DNA of 64,000 bases from Clostridia bacterium (GTDB lineage Bacteria; Bacillota; Clostridia; UMGS1883; UMGS1540): assembly GCA_045590195.1 (NCBI GenBank), contig JAZNQN010000044.1, positions 19,186 to 83,185 on the forward strand, written 5' to 3'. A model generated the notes under the pieces. It searched no databases and had not been told where the DNA came from. It saw only the letters and a list, made by a program, of their open reading frames with translations. The position numbers were made by a program, and so were the translations under genes. Positions 27,444 to 36,927 of the stretch are shown piece by piece. Position 1 is the stretch's first letter; every line of letters starts with the position of its first letter.

Positions 27444-28523
27444 TTGGTTAAAATAATTCACAGCGGCGACTTTCACTTCGATTCGCCATATATTGGCTTT
27501 CCTGATGAGGTTGCAAAAATCAGAAGTGAAGAACAGCTTGCCACACTTAAAAAAATAATTGAATATACCAAAAATGAAAAGGCGGATATTCTTCTTCTGG
27601 CAGGAGATATTTTTGAAAACGAATATGTTTCATATAAAACAGTTGAGTTTTTAAAGCATTGTTTTGCCGAAATTCCTGATACTTATGTTTTTATTTCTCC
27701 CGGAAATCACGATTGTATTTCAGGAAACGAAATATATTCTAACATAGATTTAGGCGAAAATGTTGTTGTTTTTTCTCCTGAAATAGATTTTGTAGAAATT
27801 TCTGCCCTTAACACCCGTGTTTACGGATACGGCCTTTTTACAAGAACAGATCAGGTAAACCTTCAGGAAAATATGCCAACACTTGACAAAAGCTTTATAA
27901 ATATTTTTCTTGTTCACGCCGCTCTTCCGCCATATACAGATACTTCTCCTATCACTAAAGAAGAAATAGCTGAAAGCGGGTTCGACTTTATAGCTTCCGG
28001 ACACATACATATTTTTGAAGGAATTAAAAAGTACGGCGACACCTATGCAGTTTTTCCCGGAATGCCTGAAGGCAGACATTTTAAAGTTGCCGAATGTGGC
28101 GAGAAAGGTTTTTTAAAAATTCTAATTGACAAAAATAAATTCGAAACAGAATTTATTAAAAGCAGCACAAGAACTTTATCAAAATACGAAATCGATGTTA
28201 CCGGTTGCCTTTTAAATTCTGACATTCTGGCAAAGCTTGGAGAATTAGATAAAAAGAATTTATATAACTTTGTTCTCACAGGCACTGTTTCAGAAAATGT
28301 TTACTTTAACATACCTTCACTTGAAAAGCTGCTCTGTGAAAACTTTTTCTACGCCAAGGTAACTGACAACACAGAAAAAAGCAAAAAAACATCACTCTCT
28401 CCTATTGAGCAGATGTTTTACGATACCCTTAAAAAAAGCGGCAAAAGCGACGAGATTATTGAAAGAGCTTTTAATATAGGCCTTTCAGCCATCAGAGGGG
28501 AGGAAATCAAAAGTGAAAATTAA
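27444..28523 (+). CDS. Metallophosphoesterase DNA-repair exonuclease (SbcD/YhaO-like)
   Basis: HSGDFHFD, AGDIFE, PGNHD and SGHIH motifs. TTG start after GAGGTGA. Confidence 0.8.
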   Translation: MVKIIHSGDFHFDSPYIGFPDEVAKIRSEEQLATLKKIIEYTKNEKADILLLAGDIFENEYVSYKTVEFLKHCFAEIPDTYVFISPGNHDCISGNEIYSNIDLGENVVVFSPEIDFVEISALNTRVYGYGLFTRTDQVNLQENMPTLDKSFINIFLVHAALPPYTDTSPITKEEIAESGFDFIASGHIHIFEGIKKYGDTYAVFPGMPEGRHFKVAECGEKGFLKILIDKNKFETEFIKSSTRTLSKYEIDVTGCLLNSDILAKLGELDKKNLYNFVLTGTVSENVYFNIPSLEKLLCENFFYAKVTDNTEKSKKTSLSPIEQMFYDTLKKSGKSDEIIERAFNIGLSAIRGEEIKSEN

Positions 28524-30492
28524 AAATTTAAACCTGATTTCCTACGGCAAGTTTGAAAACCGCGAAATTACTCTTTCTAATGGTTTTAATATTATTAAAG
28601 GCTCAAACGAGGCCGGAAAATCAACCGTTTTATCTTTCATTAAAGCAATGCTTTATGGTTTCAGCGGAAGAGGAAACATTTTAGCAAACGACAGAAAGCA
28701 TTATCTCCCCTGGGGTAAACAAACCCTTTCCGGCACAATGGAGCTTTCTCTTGACAGCGGAAAAACAGTTAAAATTTCGCGCACGTCGGGCAAAAGTCAG
28801 GGATACGATAAACTTGAATGTTTCGACGTTGCAAATGGCGATGATTTTAACTTTATACCTGAAAATGAGGTTACATGCAACGAAGATGCTTTTTTGAAAA
28901 CTCTGTGTATAAAGCAGCTTCAAACTGCTATAAGCGGTGAGGATGATGAAATTTCCAGAAAGCTTATTAACCTTATCGGTAGCGGAAACGAAGATATAAG
29001 CGCACAAAAAAGCGAAGCAATTATAACCGATTACATTAAAAAATTTAAAGCTTTGCGCGGCGAAAAAGGTTTGATTTTTGACCTGCAAAACCAGATTGCA
29101 GATATAAATTTAAAAATTTCAGAATCTGAACAACAAAGGCTTTTATCCTTTGAAAAAATTAAAGAAAAGAAAAGCCTTGCTGACAAGATTAAACAATGCA
29201 AGGATAAACTTTTAGTTATTAAAAAATATCAGCAAAGCGCAAAAAACCAGGAAATTTTTGAAAGACTTGATAACCTTATGAATAGCAAAAAAGGTTTGGA
29301 GGGCGAAATATCTTCTCTTAAAACTGAAATTTCACAACTTGAAGATGTTGCAACTTCTCTGACAGCCTACAAAAACGAGCCTCCTGAAGCTATTTTTACT
29401 CCACTTTGTGAAACTGCTTCACTTGAAGGCGAAATTTTAAATTGCAAAAGCAAAATTAAATCTGCAAATATGTTTTCTTTGCTTTCTTTGGTTCTGGCAG
29501 CGATTTTTGGCGTTTTATCAGTTTTTTACCTGCCATTGGTTTTTACTGAAATATTGTTTGTTACTGCCTTAGTTTTATTTTTGGTAAAAAGCAGTTCACA
29601 GCGCAAAAAACTTGTAAAAGCTGAAAACGATTTACACGAAACCGAAACACAAAACAATAATATTAAATCTGCACTTAATATTTATGGTGCGGCTGATATT
29701 AAAGAATTTGCCGAGAAAAAGGCTAAATACACCTCACTTATAAGCGAACTTGAAATTCTTGTTTCTACTCTCGAAACAGCCGAGAAAAAACTTAATGATA
29801 TTAACTCGGAAATTGATTTATATGAAAAGAAAACTGAAGGTATAGAGAGAGTTTCATCGCCATATACTGCCGATGAACTTGCAGAAGAAGAAAGAGATCT
29901 GAACATTATTTTTGAAGATGCAATTTCACGCAGCAGTCATATTGATGGTTTTTTAAGTGCGGCAGAAAACGAAGAAGAAACTCCTGATGTTCTTGTTAAT
30001 AAACGAACTGTGTTAATTGAAAAGCTTGACAGAGCTACAGCTGAGCACGATGCGGCAACATTGGCACTTGATGCAATAAACGATGTTTTCTCGCAAATGA
30101 GAAGCGACTTTACTCCGCTTGTAAATGGAAAAGCATCGGAATATTTAAGCCTTTTAACAGGCGGTAGTATTGATAAAATTTATATCGACAAAAAGTTTTC
30201 TGTTACAGCAGAAAAAGATGGTGTTTATGACCTTTCTTATTTCTCACTTGGTACATCTGACCAGACATATCTTGCAATAAGGCTTGCGGTTATAGATTTG
30301 CTCTTTGGAAAAGACAAGCCAATTTTTATCGACGATGCATTTTTACAATATGATGAAGAAAGAGAAAAAACTGCATTTAAGCTCCTTTCAGAAAGAGCAA
30401 AGGAAGGACAGCAGATTATATTTTTCACCTGCCGCCCTATTCCCGAGTTTGAAGGAAATGCAAATATAATTGACCTTGACAATTTAAACTAA
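28513..30492 (+). CDS. AAA/SMC-like ATPase (SbcC/YhaN-like) with central TM hairpin
   Basis: Walker A GSNEAGKST, coiled-coil regions, two hydrophobic helices (about residues 320-360) and Walker B PIFIDDAF. It overlaps the upstream nuclease gene by 11 nt. Confidence 0.75.
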   Translation: MKIKNLNLISYGKFENREITLSNGFNIIKGSNEAGKSTVLSFIKAMLYGFSGRGNILANDRKHYLPWGKQTLSGTMELSLDSGKTVKISRTSGKSQGYDKLECFDVANGDDFNFIPENEVTCNEDAFLKTLCIKQLQTAISGEDDEISRKLINLIGSGNEDISAQKSEAIITDYIKKFKALRGEKGLIFDLQNQIADINLKISESEQQRLLSFEKIKEKKSLADKIKQCKDKLLVIKKYQQSAKNQEIFERLDNLMNSKKGLEGEISSLKTEISQLEDVATSLTAYKNEPPEAIFTPLCETASLEGEILNCKSKIKSANMFSLLSLVLAAIFGVLSVFYLPLVFTEILFVTALVLFLVKSSSQRKKLVKAENDLHETETQNNNIKSALNIYGAADIKEFAEKKAKYTSLISELEILVSTLETAEKKLNDINSEIDLYEKKTEGIERVSSPYTADELAEEERDLNIIFEDAISRSSHIDGFLSAAENEEETPDVLVNKRTVLIEKLDRATAEHDAATLALDAINDVFSQMRSDFTPLVNGKASEYLSLLTGGSIDKIYIDKKFSVTAEKDGVYDLSYFSLGTSDQTYLAIRLAVIDLLFGKDKPIFIDDAFLQYDEEREKTAFKLLSERAKEGQQIIFFTCRPIPEFEGNANIIDLDNLN

Positions 30493-30539
30493 AAAGTATA
30501 GACTATTATAAAAAGCACTTTGCAGAAAGAGGTATAAAA

Positions 30540-31376
30540 ATGAAACTTGATATTCGTTATCCATCTCATCAGGACGATGCAAAACTTTACACAACAGAAG
30601 AACTCAGAGAGAAATTTTTAATTGAAAAAGTTTTCTCTGCTGATGAAATTTTATTTACATACAGCCATTTTGACAGAATTGTTGCCGGTGGCGTTATGCC
30701 GGTTAAAAAAGTGTTAAAGCTTGAAAGCGGCAAAGAATTCGGCACAGATTATTTTCTTGAAAGACGCGAAATGGGCGTTATTAACGTTGGTGGAAAAGGT
30801 AGAATTACACTCGACGGTAAAGAATACATTTTAAACCCACGCGATGGTATTTATATTGGTATGGGCACAAAAGATGTTATCTTTGAAAGCGAAGATGCAT
30901 CTGCACCTGCAAAATTTTATGTAAACTCCTGCCCTGCTCACGCGAAATATGACACAGTTCATATTGACATTACCAAAGCTAAAAAAGTACCTTGTGGAAG
31001 CGAAGCTGAGGCTAACAAAAGGGTTATAAATCAGTACATTCATCCTGAAGTAATAAAGTCATGTCAGCTTTCAATGGGCCTTACCGAACTTCAGGAGGGA
31101 AGCGTTTGGAACACAATGCCATGCCACACTCACGAGAGAAGAATGGAAGTTTACTTCTATTTTGATATGGAAGAAGATCAGGCTGTTTTCCATATGATGG
31201 GCGAACCTCAGGAAACCAGACATATTGTTATGACAAACGAACAGGCTGTAATTTCTCCTTCCTGGTCAATTCACAGCGGTTGCGGAACTAAAAATTATAC
31301 ATTTATCTGGGGTATGTGCGGCGAAAATCTTACATTTACCGATATGGACCACGTAAAAACAAACGAGCTTAAATAA
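30540..31376 (+). CDS. kduI: 5-dehydro-4-deoxy-D-glucuronate isomerase
   Basis: 278 aa with MKLDIRYPSHQDDAKLYTTEELREKFL and the cupin His cluster CHTHERRMEVYFY. Confidence 0.85.
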   Translation: MKLDIRYPSHQDDAKLYTTEELREKFLIEKVFSADEILFTYSHFDRIVAGGVMPVKKVLKLESGKEFGTDYFLERREMGVINVGGKGRITLDGKEYILNPRDGIYIGMGTKDVIFESEDASAPAKFYVNSCPAHAKYDTVHIDITKAKKVPCGSEAEANKRVINQYIHPEVIKSCQLSMGLTELQEGSVWNTMPCHTHERRMEVYFYFDMEEDQAVFHMMGEPQETRHIVMTNEQAVISPSWSIHSGCGTKNYTFIWGMCGENLTFTDMDHVKTNELK

Positions 31377-31387
31377 AGGAGAGCATT

Positions 31388-32179
31388 ATGATATACTTAA
31401 AAATTGTTGACAAAGACGGTAACATTAAATTCAAAGAAGCAGGAAACAATATTAAAGCTACATACAACGCAAAATACGAAGAAGGCGACAAAATTTTAGT
31501 TGAACTTGCTGATATTGACAAAGTTGCAATTCAGCTTGACAGCACAATGAAAGAAAGCTTTGTATATTTAAGTGAAAAGAAATACGAGTTCCCTATTCCT
31601 TTTGGCGTTGCGGCAAAAAGCTATCATCCGGATGCCTGGAACAAAGATGTAAACGTTATTTCTGTTCGTACTGTTTCCGATGAAGAATATTATGCTTACA
31701 GAAATGTTGCTCTTAATACTGCGTGTGTAAGACATTATGAAAACTGCTTCCCATATGCTAAAGCAAATGTTGTAACACGTGATGAGCCATGGTTTGAAGA
31801 GAGAAACTCAATCGACGGTGTACTTGACAACTGCTCACATGGTGCATATCCTTATCAGTCATATGCAGGCGGCGCAAGAGAAGATATTGACTATACCCTC
31901 TATTTTGGCGGCGAAGTTGAGTTTGACAAAATCACAATTTACCTTCGTGCAGATTTTGCTGATGACCACGATACTTACTGGAAATCTATGACTGCAGAGC
32001 TTTCCGACGGAACTCGCCTCCCTCTTACTTTTGTAAAAACAGGCGAAGGCCAGTCGTTCACATTTGGAAAAAGCTTTAAAACTGACAGAATTCATCTTAC
32101 AGATTTTAAACAGGCAGCATATCCCCTTTCATGGGCAGCTCTTACACAAATTGAAGTTTATGGAAAATACGTAAAGTAG
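31388..32179 (+). CDS. Hypothetical cytoplasmic protein with discoidin/galactose-binding-like C-terminal half
   Basis: No signal peptide. NSIDGVLDN...WKSM...LSWAALTQIEVYGKY resembles F5/8-type-C-like domains. This is weak, motif-level evidence only. Confidence 0.3.
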   Translation: MIYLKIVDKDGNIKFKEAGNNIKATYNAKYEEGDKILVELADIDKVAIQLDSTMKESFVYLSEKKYEFPIPFGVAAKSYHPDAWNKDVNVISVRTVSDEEYYAYRNVALNTACVRHYENCFPYAKANVVTRDEPWFEERNSIDGVLDNCSHGAYPYQSYAGGAREDIDYTLYFGGEVEFDKITIYLRADFADDHDTYWKSMTAELSDGTRLPLTFVKTGEGQSFTFGKSFKTDRIHLTDFKQAAYPLSWAALTQIEVYGKYVK

Positions 32180-32187
32180 GTGCTGAT

Positions 32188-32634
32188 ATGATTAAATTTG
32201 ATATTAACATTAAAAAGCTTGATGCGCGAGCACAAATTCCTACATATGGTTCGCCTTTCGCAGCCGGAGCTGATCTTTATGCCCTTTGCGACAGTGAGGT
32301 TGAAATTGCTCCCCACACAACTATTTTAATTCACACAGGCATTTCAATGGAAATTCCTGAAGGTTATGGCGGATTTATTTTTGCAAGAAGCGGCCTTGCT
32401 TCAAAAAGAAATCTTGCGCCGGCAAATAAAGTTGGTGTTGTAGATTCAGATTACAGAGGCGAAGTAATGGTTGCACTTCATAACCACGGCGAAATTCCAC
32501 AAGTGATTTCAAACGGCGAGAGAATTGCACAGCTTTGCATTATGCCTTATGCGGCTGCAAACTTTGTAGAATGCGAAACACTTTCTGATACAGTTCGTGG
32601 CGCAGGTGGCTTTGGCACAACAGGAACAAAATAA
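32188..32634 (+). CDS. dut: dUTP diphosphatase
   Basis: AAGADLYA, ARSGLASK, GVVDSDYRGEV and RGAGGFGTTG. Confidence 0.95.
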   Translation: MIKFDINIKKLDARAQIPTYGSPFAAGADLYALCDSEVEIAPHTTILIHTGISMEIPEGYGGFIFARSGLASKRNLAPANKVGVVDSDYRGEVMVALHNHGEIPQVISNGERIAQLCIMPYAAANFVECETLSDTVRGAGGFGTTGTK

Positions 32635-32657
32635 AAAAGATGGCTAAGCCATCTTTT
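32635..32657. terminator. Bidirectional terminator between dut and eno
   Basis: AAAAGATGGC-TAA-GCCATCTTTT. Confidence 0.8.
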
Positions 32658-33899
32658 TTATTTTTCGTGAAAATTACTTTCTATTTCCAGAAGTTTGTTA
32701 TATTTTGAATTTCTCTCACTTCGGCAAGGAGCCCCTGTTTTAATCTGTCCTGCATTTGTGCCAACTGCAAGGTCGGCAATAAAACTGTCTTCCGTTTCCC
32801 CGCTTCTGTGTGAAATAACTGTACCATAACCATTTTCCTTTGCAAGATGTATTGCCTGCAAGGTTTCGGTAACTGTTCCTATCTGATTTGGCTTTATAAG
32901 AATTGAATTTGCAATTTTTTTATCAATTCCCTTTTGAAGTCTTTTTGTGTTAGTAACAAACAAATCATCGCCAACAAGTTGTATTTTCTTCGAAAGTTTT
33001 TTTGTTAAATGGTCCCACGTTTCCATATCATCTTCTGCCGCTCCATCTTCAATTGACAAAATCGGGTAACATTCAATAAGATGCTCGTAATATGTGCAAA
33101 GCTCTTCCCCTGTCATGACAGTTCCTTTTTTCGGCATTTTGTACATTCCGTTTTCATACCACTCACTACTTGCAACGTCAAGGGCAATTTTTATATCATC
33201 ATAAAGCTTATATCCTGCTTTTTCGGTTGCTCGCATTATAAGTTCAATTGCCTCTTCCTCGCTATCTAAATCAGGTGCAAATCCGCCTTCATCTCCAACG
33301 CCCGTAGAATACCCCTGAGAGGATAAAAGCTTTTTAAGAGTATGATAAATCTCGCTACACATTTTAATTCCTACAGCAAAGGATTTGGCACTTACAGGCA
33401 TAATCATAAACTCCTGAATGTCTATATTATTATCTGCGTGTGCTCCGCCATTTAAAATATTCATCATAGGCAGCGGCATCATATAAGCATTTATTCCACC
33501 AATGTATTTGTGAAAAGGCACGCCAACGCACTTTGCCGCAAGGCGTGCATTGGCAATTGATACTGCCAAAATTGCATTAGCACCAAGATTTGATTTGTTT
33601 TCAGTTCCGTCTGCTTCAAGCATTATCCTGTCGATTTTTTCCTGTTCAAGGCAGCACTTTCCTAAGAGTGCATCTTTTATTGTGTTTTCAACATTACAAA
33701 CCGCCTTTAAAACGCCTTTACCATTAAAGCGACTGCTATCATCGTCACGAAGTTCAACCGCTTCGTGCACTCCTGTTGATGCACCTGATGGCACAGAAGC
33801 TTTTGCACTTTTGCCGCAAGAAGAAAAAATTTCTGCTTCAATTGTTGGGTTTCCTCTTGAGTCGAGTATTTCATAAGCTTTTATGTTTTTAATAATCAT
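32658..33899 (-). CDS. eno: Enolase (short, somewhat divergent 413-aa form)
   Basis: [44 protein letters not shown] and SHRSGETED. Confidence 0.9.
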   Translation of the reverse strand: MIIKNIKAYEILDSRGNPTIEAEIFSSCGKSAKASVPSGASTGVHEAVELRDDDSSRFNGKGVLKAVCNVENTIKDALLGKCCLEQEKIDRIMLEADGTENKSNLGANAILAVSIANARLAAKCVGVPFHKYIGGINAYMMPLPMMNILNGGAHADNNIDIQEFMIMPVSAKSFAVGIKMCSEIYHTLKKLLSSQGYSTGVGDEGGFAPDLDSEEEAIELIMRATEKAGYKLYDDIKIALDVASSEWYENGMYKMPKKGTVMTGEELCTYYEHLIECYPILSIEDGAAEDDMETWDHLTKKLSKKIQLVGDDLFVTNTKRLQKGIDKKIANSILIKPNQIGTVTETLQAIHLAKENGYGTVISHRSGETEDSFIADLAVGTNAGQIKTGAPCRSERNSKYNKLLEIESNFHEK

Positions 33900-33960
33900 A
33901 AAGTTCTCCTTTTTGCAAATTTTTTCTTTATTGTTTGCCTAAAAGGAAAATTTATGCATA

Positions 33961-33984
33961 AAAAAACCGCTTTCGCGGTTTTTT
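33961..33984. terminator. Terminator closing the mdh-to-transporter operon
   Basis: AAAAAACCGC-TTTC-GCGGTTTTTT, 3 nt after the transporter stop. Confidence 0.85.
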
Positions 33985-33987
33985 TGA

Positions 33988-35214
33988 TTAGAACAATATT
34001 ATCAAAAACTGTGACACAAGCACAACTGCAATAAGTGCAATAGGATAAGTTGCCGCATAAGCTGATGCAACATCTTCAGTTCCTGAAACATTTATAAGTG
34101 TTCCAAGGGCCGGAGTTGATGTCATACCACCGCAAATTGAGCCAAGAGCATTGAGAAGATTAAGCTTTAGTACATATCTTGCAAAAAGATATCCAAGTAT
34201 CATTGGCAAAATTGTCATAACAGCGCCATATACAAAGTAAACCGGCTGGAAATTCTCAACAAATTTTGCTCCGCCTGCAACACCTGCACCGATTAAGAAA
34301 AGCATAAGGCCAAGCTCGCGGAAAACTTTAAGAGTTGGCTGTGGAGGCATAATGCTTACCATACCAACCTTTCCGAAGTGACCAAAAACAAGTGCCGCAA
34401 GAAGGCATCCGCCCGTTGTTGTAAGCGAAAAAGTTGTTCCCGAAAGGCCACTTGAAGAAAGCGGAATTTTAACCATTCCAATAATAATACCAATAACTGC
34501 CGCAATTGCGAAAGCGCATATACCAAATGAATCAAGCTCTAAAAGATTTTTGGAAACCTCTTTTTTCTCAGCTTTTTCAGCGGCAACAAGCTTTTCTCTT
34601 TCCTTTGCCATATCAGCGTTAACAATCTTTGGAACAAGCTGAACAAAAAGCACAACGCCGATTACACCAAAAATATATGCAATACCATTACCAACAGCAA
34701 CTATATCTTCATACATTTCTCCAACAGTTGCTTTTGCGGCTGAAAATGCCGGTGTTGAAGTAAGTGCGCCTGAGAGAAGCCCTGCAACCATAGCAGTAAA
34801 CTTTTCTGTGTTGGTTTCTCCAAGTGCTCTGCCAATGAGAATACAAATTACAGCCGAAATTCCCCCTGCAATTATAATTATAAGGCCAAGCATAACATAA
34901 GATTTAAAATTCTTTTTCATATTGCTGAAAAATTTTGGTCCGGCAATAAATCCAACGGATGTTACAAAAAGAATAAGGCCTATATTTTCAACAATTTTAA
35001 GTGCATCTTTTGTAAAATCGCCAAGCTGTGCCTGCAGAGTTTTATAAAAAAGGCAACCAAAAACCAATGCAGCAATAAATACGCCTGCAGTACCCAGCGA
35101 TACACCTTTTATTGTTATACGGCCGAGAAGGTAGCCTGCTGCTGAAATAATAAGTACTGAAAAAACTAGAAATGTAATTCCTGTTATGGGGATAACTCCA
35201 CCAAATAAACTCAT
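33988..35214 (-). CDS. YidE/YbjL/AAE-type (aspartate:alanine-exchanger family) permease lacking the central TrkA-C domains; candidate dicarboxylate (succinate) exporter
   Basis: Two homologous 5-6-TM halves joined by a short charged linker. N-terminal GYLLGRITIKGVSLGTAGVFIAALVFG is typical of the family. The start is at ATG 35214 (RBS AGAGG), not the ORF-track ATG 35277. Confidence 0.55.
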   Translation of the reverse strand: MSLFGGVIPITGITFLVFSVLIISAAGYLLGRITIKGVSLGTAGVFIAALVFGCLFYKTLQAQLGDFTKDALKIVENIGLILFVTSVGFIAGPKFFSNMKKNFKSYVMLGLIIIIAGGISAVICILIGRALGETNTEKFTAMVAGLLSGALTSTPAFSAAKATVGEMYEDIVAVGNGIAYIFGVIGVVLFVQLVPKIVNADMAKEREKLVAAEKAEKKEVSKNLLELDSFGICAFAIAAVIGIIIGMVKIPLSSSGLSGTTFSLTTTGGCLLAALVFGHFGKVGMVSIMPPQPTLKVFRELGLMLFLIGAGVAGGAKFVENFQPVYFVYGAVMTILPMILGYLFARYVLKLNLLNALGSICGGMTSTPALGTLINVSGTEDVASAYAATYPIALIAVVLVSQFLIILF

Positions 35215-35252
35215 TTTTAAAGACCTCTTTTCAAGTAAAATACACACAAATG

Positions 35253-35282
35253 CTATAATGAATCTGTACCGATTCATTATAG
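35253..35282 (-). promoter_or_regulatory. 12-bp perfect hairpin in the frdA-transporter spacer (possible attenuator or processing site)
   Basis: CTATAATGAATC (35253-35264) / GATTCATTATAG (35271-35282). On the minus-strand RNA it is followed by CAUUUGUGUGUAUUUU. Confidence 0.35.
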
Positions 35283-35307
35283 CATAACTTCAATTATTTT
35301 ACAAGTA

Positions 35308-36915
35308 TCAAATACCACTTTTCTGACCTGTGTAGTTTGGAAGAAGTTTAGGAGAAACCATATCGCCTGCAATGCCCGCCGCTTCTCTTTCAGCTTCAAA
35401 CGCAGCAATATGCTGGAGTGTAAGCTTGCCAACTTTAACATTTTTGCATTTAGCCGCCGCATTTTGACCTGCGTTTCTGCCAAATACAATAATATCTAAA
35501 AGTGAGTTACCCATAAGGCGGTTTCTGCCGTGAATTCCGCCAACAGCTTCGCCTGCAACATAAAGGTTTTCTACATTTGTTGTAGAACCATCAACATTTA
35601 TGTCAAGACCACCATTCTGATAGTGAAGTGTTGGGTAAACCAAAATTGGCTCCTTGCGGATATCAATTCCGTACTGACCAAACATTCTCATCATAGCAGG
35701 AATTCTTTTTTCAATTGTTCCCTCTCCACCTATTTTTTCAATCATAGGAGTATCAAGCCAAACACCAAGGCCGTTTCCTGTTTCAACGCCGTTGCCTCTG
35801 TCATTACATTCTCTGATAATAGAAGCCGCCGCAACGTCACGTGTTTCGAGAGGATGCATAAACACTTCGCCTTTTGAGTTTATAAGTTTGGCACCAAGTG
35901 AACGAACTTTTTCAGTAACAAGTGCACCGAAAATCTGCTGAGGATATGCAGCACCGGTTGGGTGATACTGCAAAGTTTCAGCATAAAGAAGCTTAGCCCC
36001 TACTCTGTAACCTAAAACAAGACCATCGGCAGTTGCGCCATAGTGATTCGATGTTGGGAAACCCTGATAATGCATTCTTCCTGCACCACCTGTTGCAATT
36101 ATGACAGTTTTAGCACGTGCAACCATAAGTTTTTCAGTTTCCATATTAAGGAGCACCGCACCTGCCGCGTTTCCGTTTTCATCAAGAATAATTTCGATTG
36201 CAGCTGTAAAATCAACAACAGGAATCTGTCTGTTTAAAACTTCATCTCGGAGTGTACGCATAATTTCAGCACCTGAATAGTCACGTGCAGCATGCATTCT
36301 CTTTCTTGATGTACCACCACCGTGAGTTGTAATCATTGTGCCATCTTCAGCTTTATCAAACTCAACGCCAAGGTTTGAAAGCCACCAAATAGCCTCAGGT
36401 GCATCGCAAACAAGTTTTGATAAAAGCTCGCGTTTAGCTGCAAAATGTCCGCCGCCAAAAGCATCAACAAAGTGAATTGCAGGGGAATCGTTTGGTTTGT
36501 CAGCCGCCTGAATACCACCTTCTGCCATCATTGTGTTGGCATCGCCAATACGAAGCTTTGTTACAATCATAACATCAGCCCCTGCCTCGTGAGCTTCGAT
36601 TGCGGCAGAAGAACCCGCTCCACCACCGCCAATTACAAGAACATCTACATCGTAGTCGGGTGCATCAAGGTTTACGTCTTCTGCTTTAATACGGCTTTTT
36701 GCCTCTAAAATTTCACAAAGCTCTTTTGGAACACACTGGCCTTTGTTAGGACCTATTTTAAGCTCAGAAAATTCGTCTTTTTTATAATCGGGATGATATG
36801 CCGCAAGCAAATCTTCTTTCTGTTTTGCAGTCATTCTGTCGGGCTCGTATGCAATATTTTTATCTCTCGCCGCCTCAACAGCTTTTATTGATTTTGTTAA
36901 TTCTTCTGAATACAT
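35308..36915 (-). CDS. Fumarate reductase/succinate dehydrogenase flavoprotein-like FAD protein (soluble, non-covalent-FAD type), 535 aa
   Basis: Dinucleotide fold VLVIGGGGAGSSAAIEA. LQYHPTG, TLHYQNGGL and LYVAGEAVGGIHGRNRLMGNSLLDIIVFGRNAG are FrdA/SdhA/NadB family motifs. GDANTMMAEGG replaces the usual SHT..A.GG histidyl-FAD site. Confidence 0.75.
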   Translation of the reverse strand: MYSEELTKSIKAVEAARDKNIAYEPDRMTAKQKEDLLAAYHPDYKKDEFSELKIGPNKGQCVPKELCEILEAKSRIKAEDVNLDAPDYDVDVLVIGGGGAGSSAAIEAHEAGADVMIVTKLRIGDANTMMAEGGIQAADKPNDSPAIHFVDAFGGGHFAAKRELLSKLVCDAPEAIWWLSNLGVEFDKAEDGTMITTHGGGTSRKRMHAARDYSGAEIMRTLRDEVLNRQIPVVDFTAAIEIILDENGNAAGAVLLNMETEKLMVARAKTVIIATGGAGRMHYQGFPTSNHYGATADGLVLGYRVGAKLLYAETLQYHPTGAAYPQQIFGALVTEKVRSLGAKLINSKGEVFMHPLETRDVAAASIIRECNDRGNGVETGNGLGVWLDTPMIEKIGGEGTIEKRIPAMMRMFGQYGIDIRKEPILVYPTLHYQNGGLDINVDGSTTNVENLYVAGEAVGGIHGRNRLMGNSLLDIIVFGRNAGQNAAAKCKNVKVGKLTLQHIAAFEAEREAAGIAGDMVSPKLLPNYTGQKSGI

Positions 36916-36927
36916 ATTGCGCCCTCC

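Noticed and set aside
27444-30492. Nuclease plus SMC-like ATPase pair as an anti-phage defence system
   Set aside because: The motifs and architecture fit the conserved housekeeping YhaO/YhaN (SbcCD-like) pair. The pair is flanked by rpmE and kduI, with no mobile-element or defence-island context.
32658-33899. Enolase as the 13th gene of the fumarate operon
   Set aside because: A strong terminator (33961-33984) separates it from the transporter gene. The thematic link through PEP supply is possible, but co-transcription is not supported.
35215-35277. ORF-track N-terminal extension of the transporter (MNRYRFIIAFVCILLEKRSLK), and similar extensions at 37603-37722 (FrdB-like), 44033-44089 (HdrB-like), 14088-14138 (smc) and 25433-25471 (nfo)
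   Set aside because: The extensions overlap hairpins or upstream genes and lack RBSs. Internal starts are preceded by GGAGG-type sites and give the family-typical N-termini.
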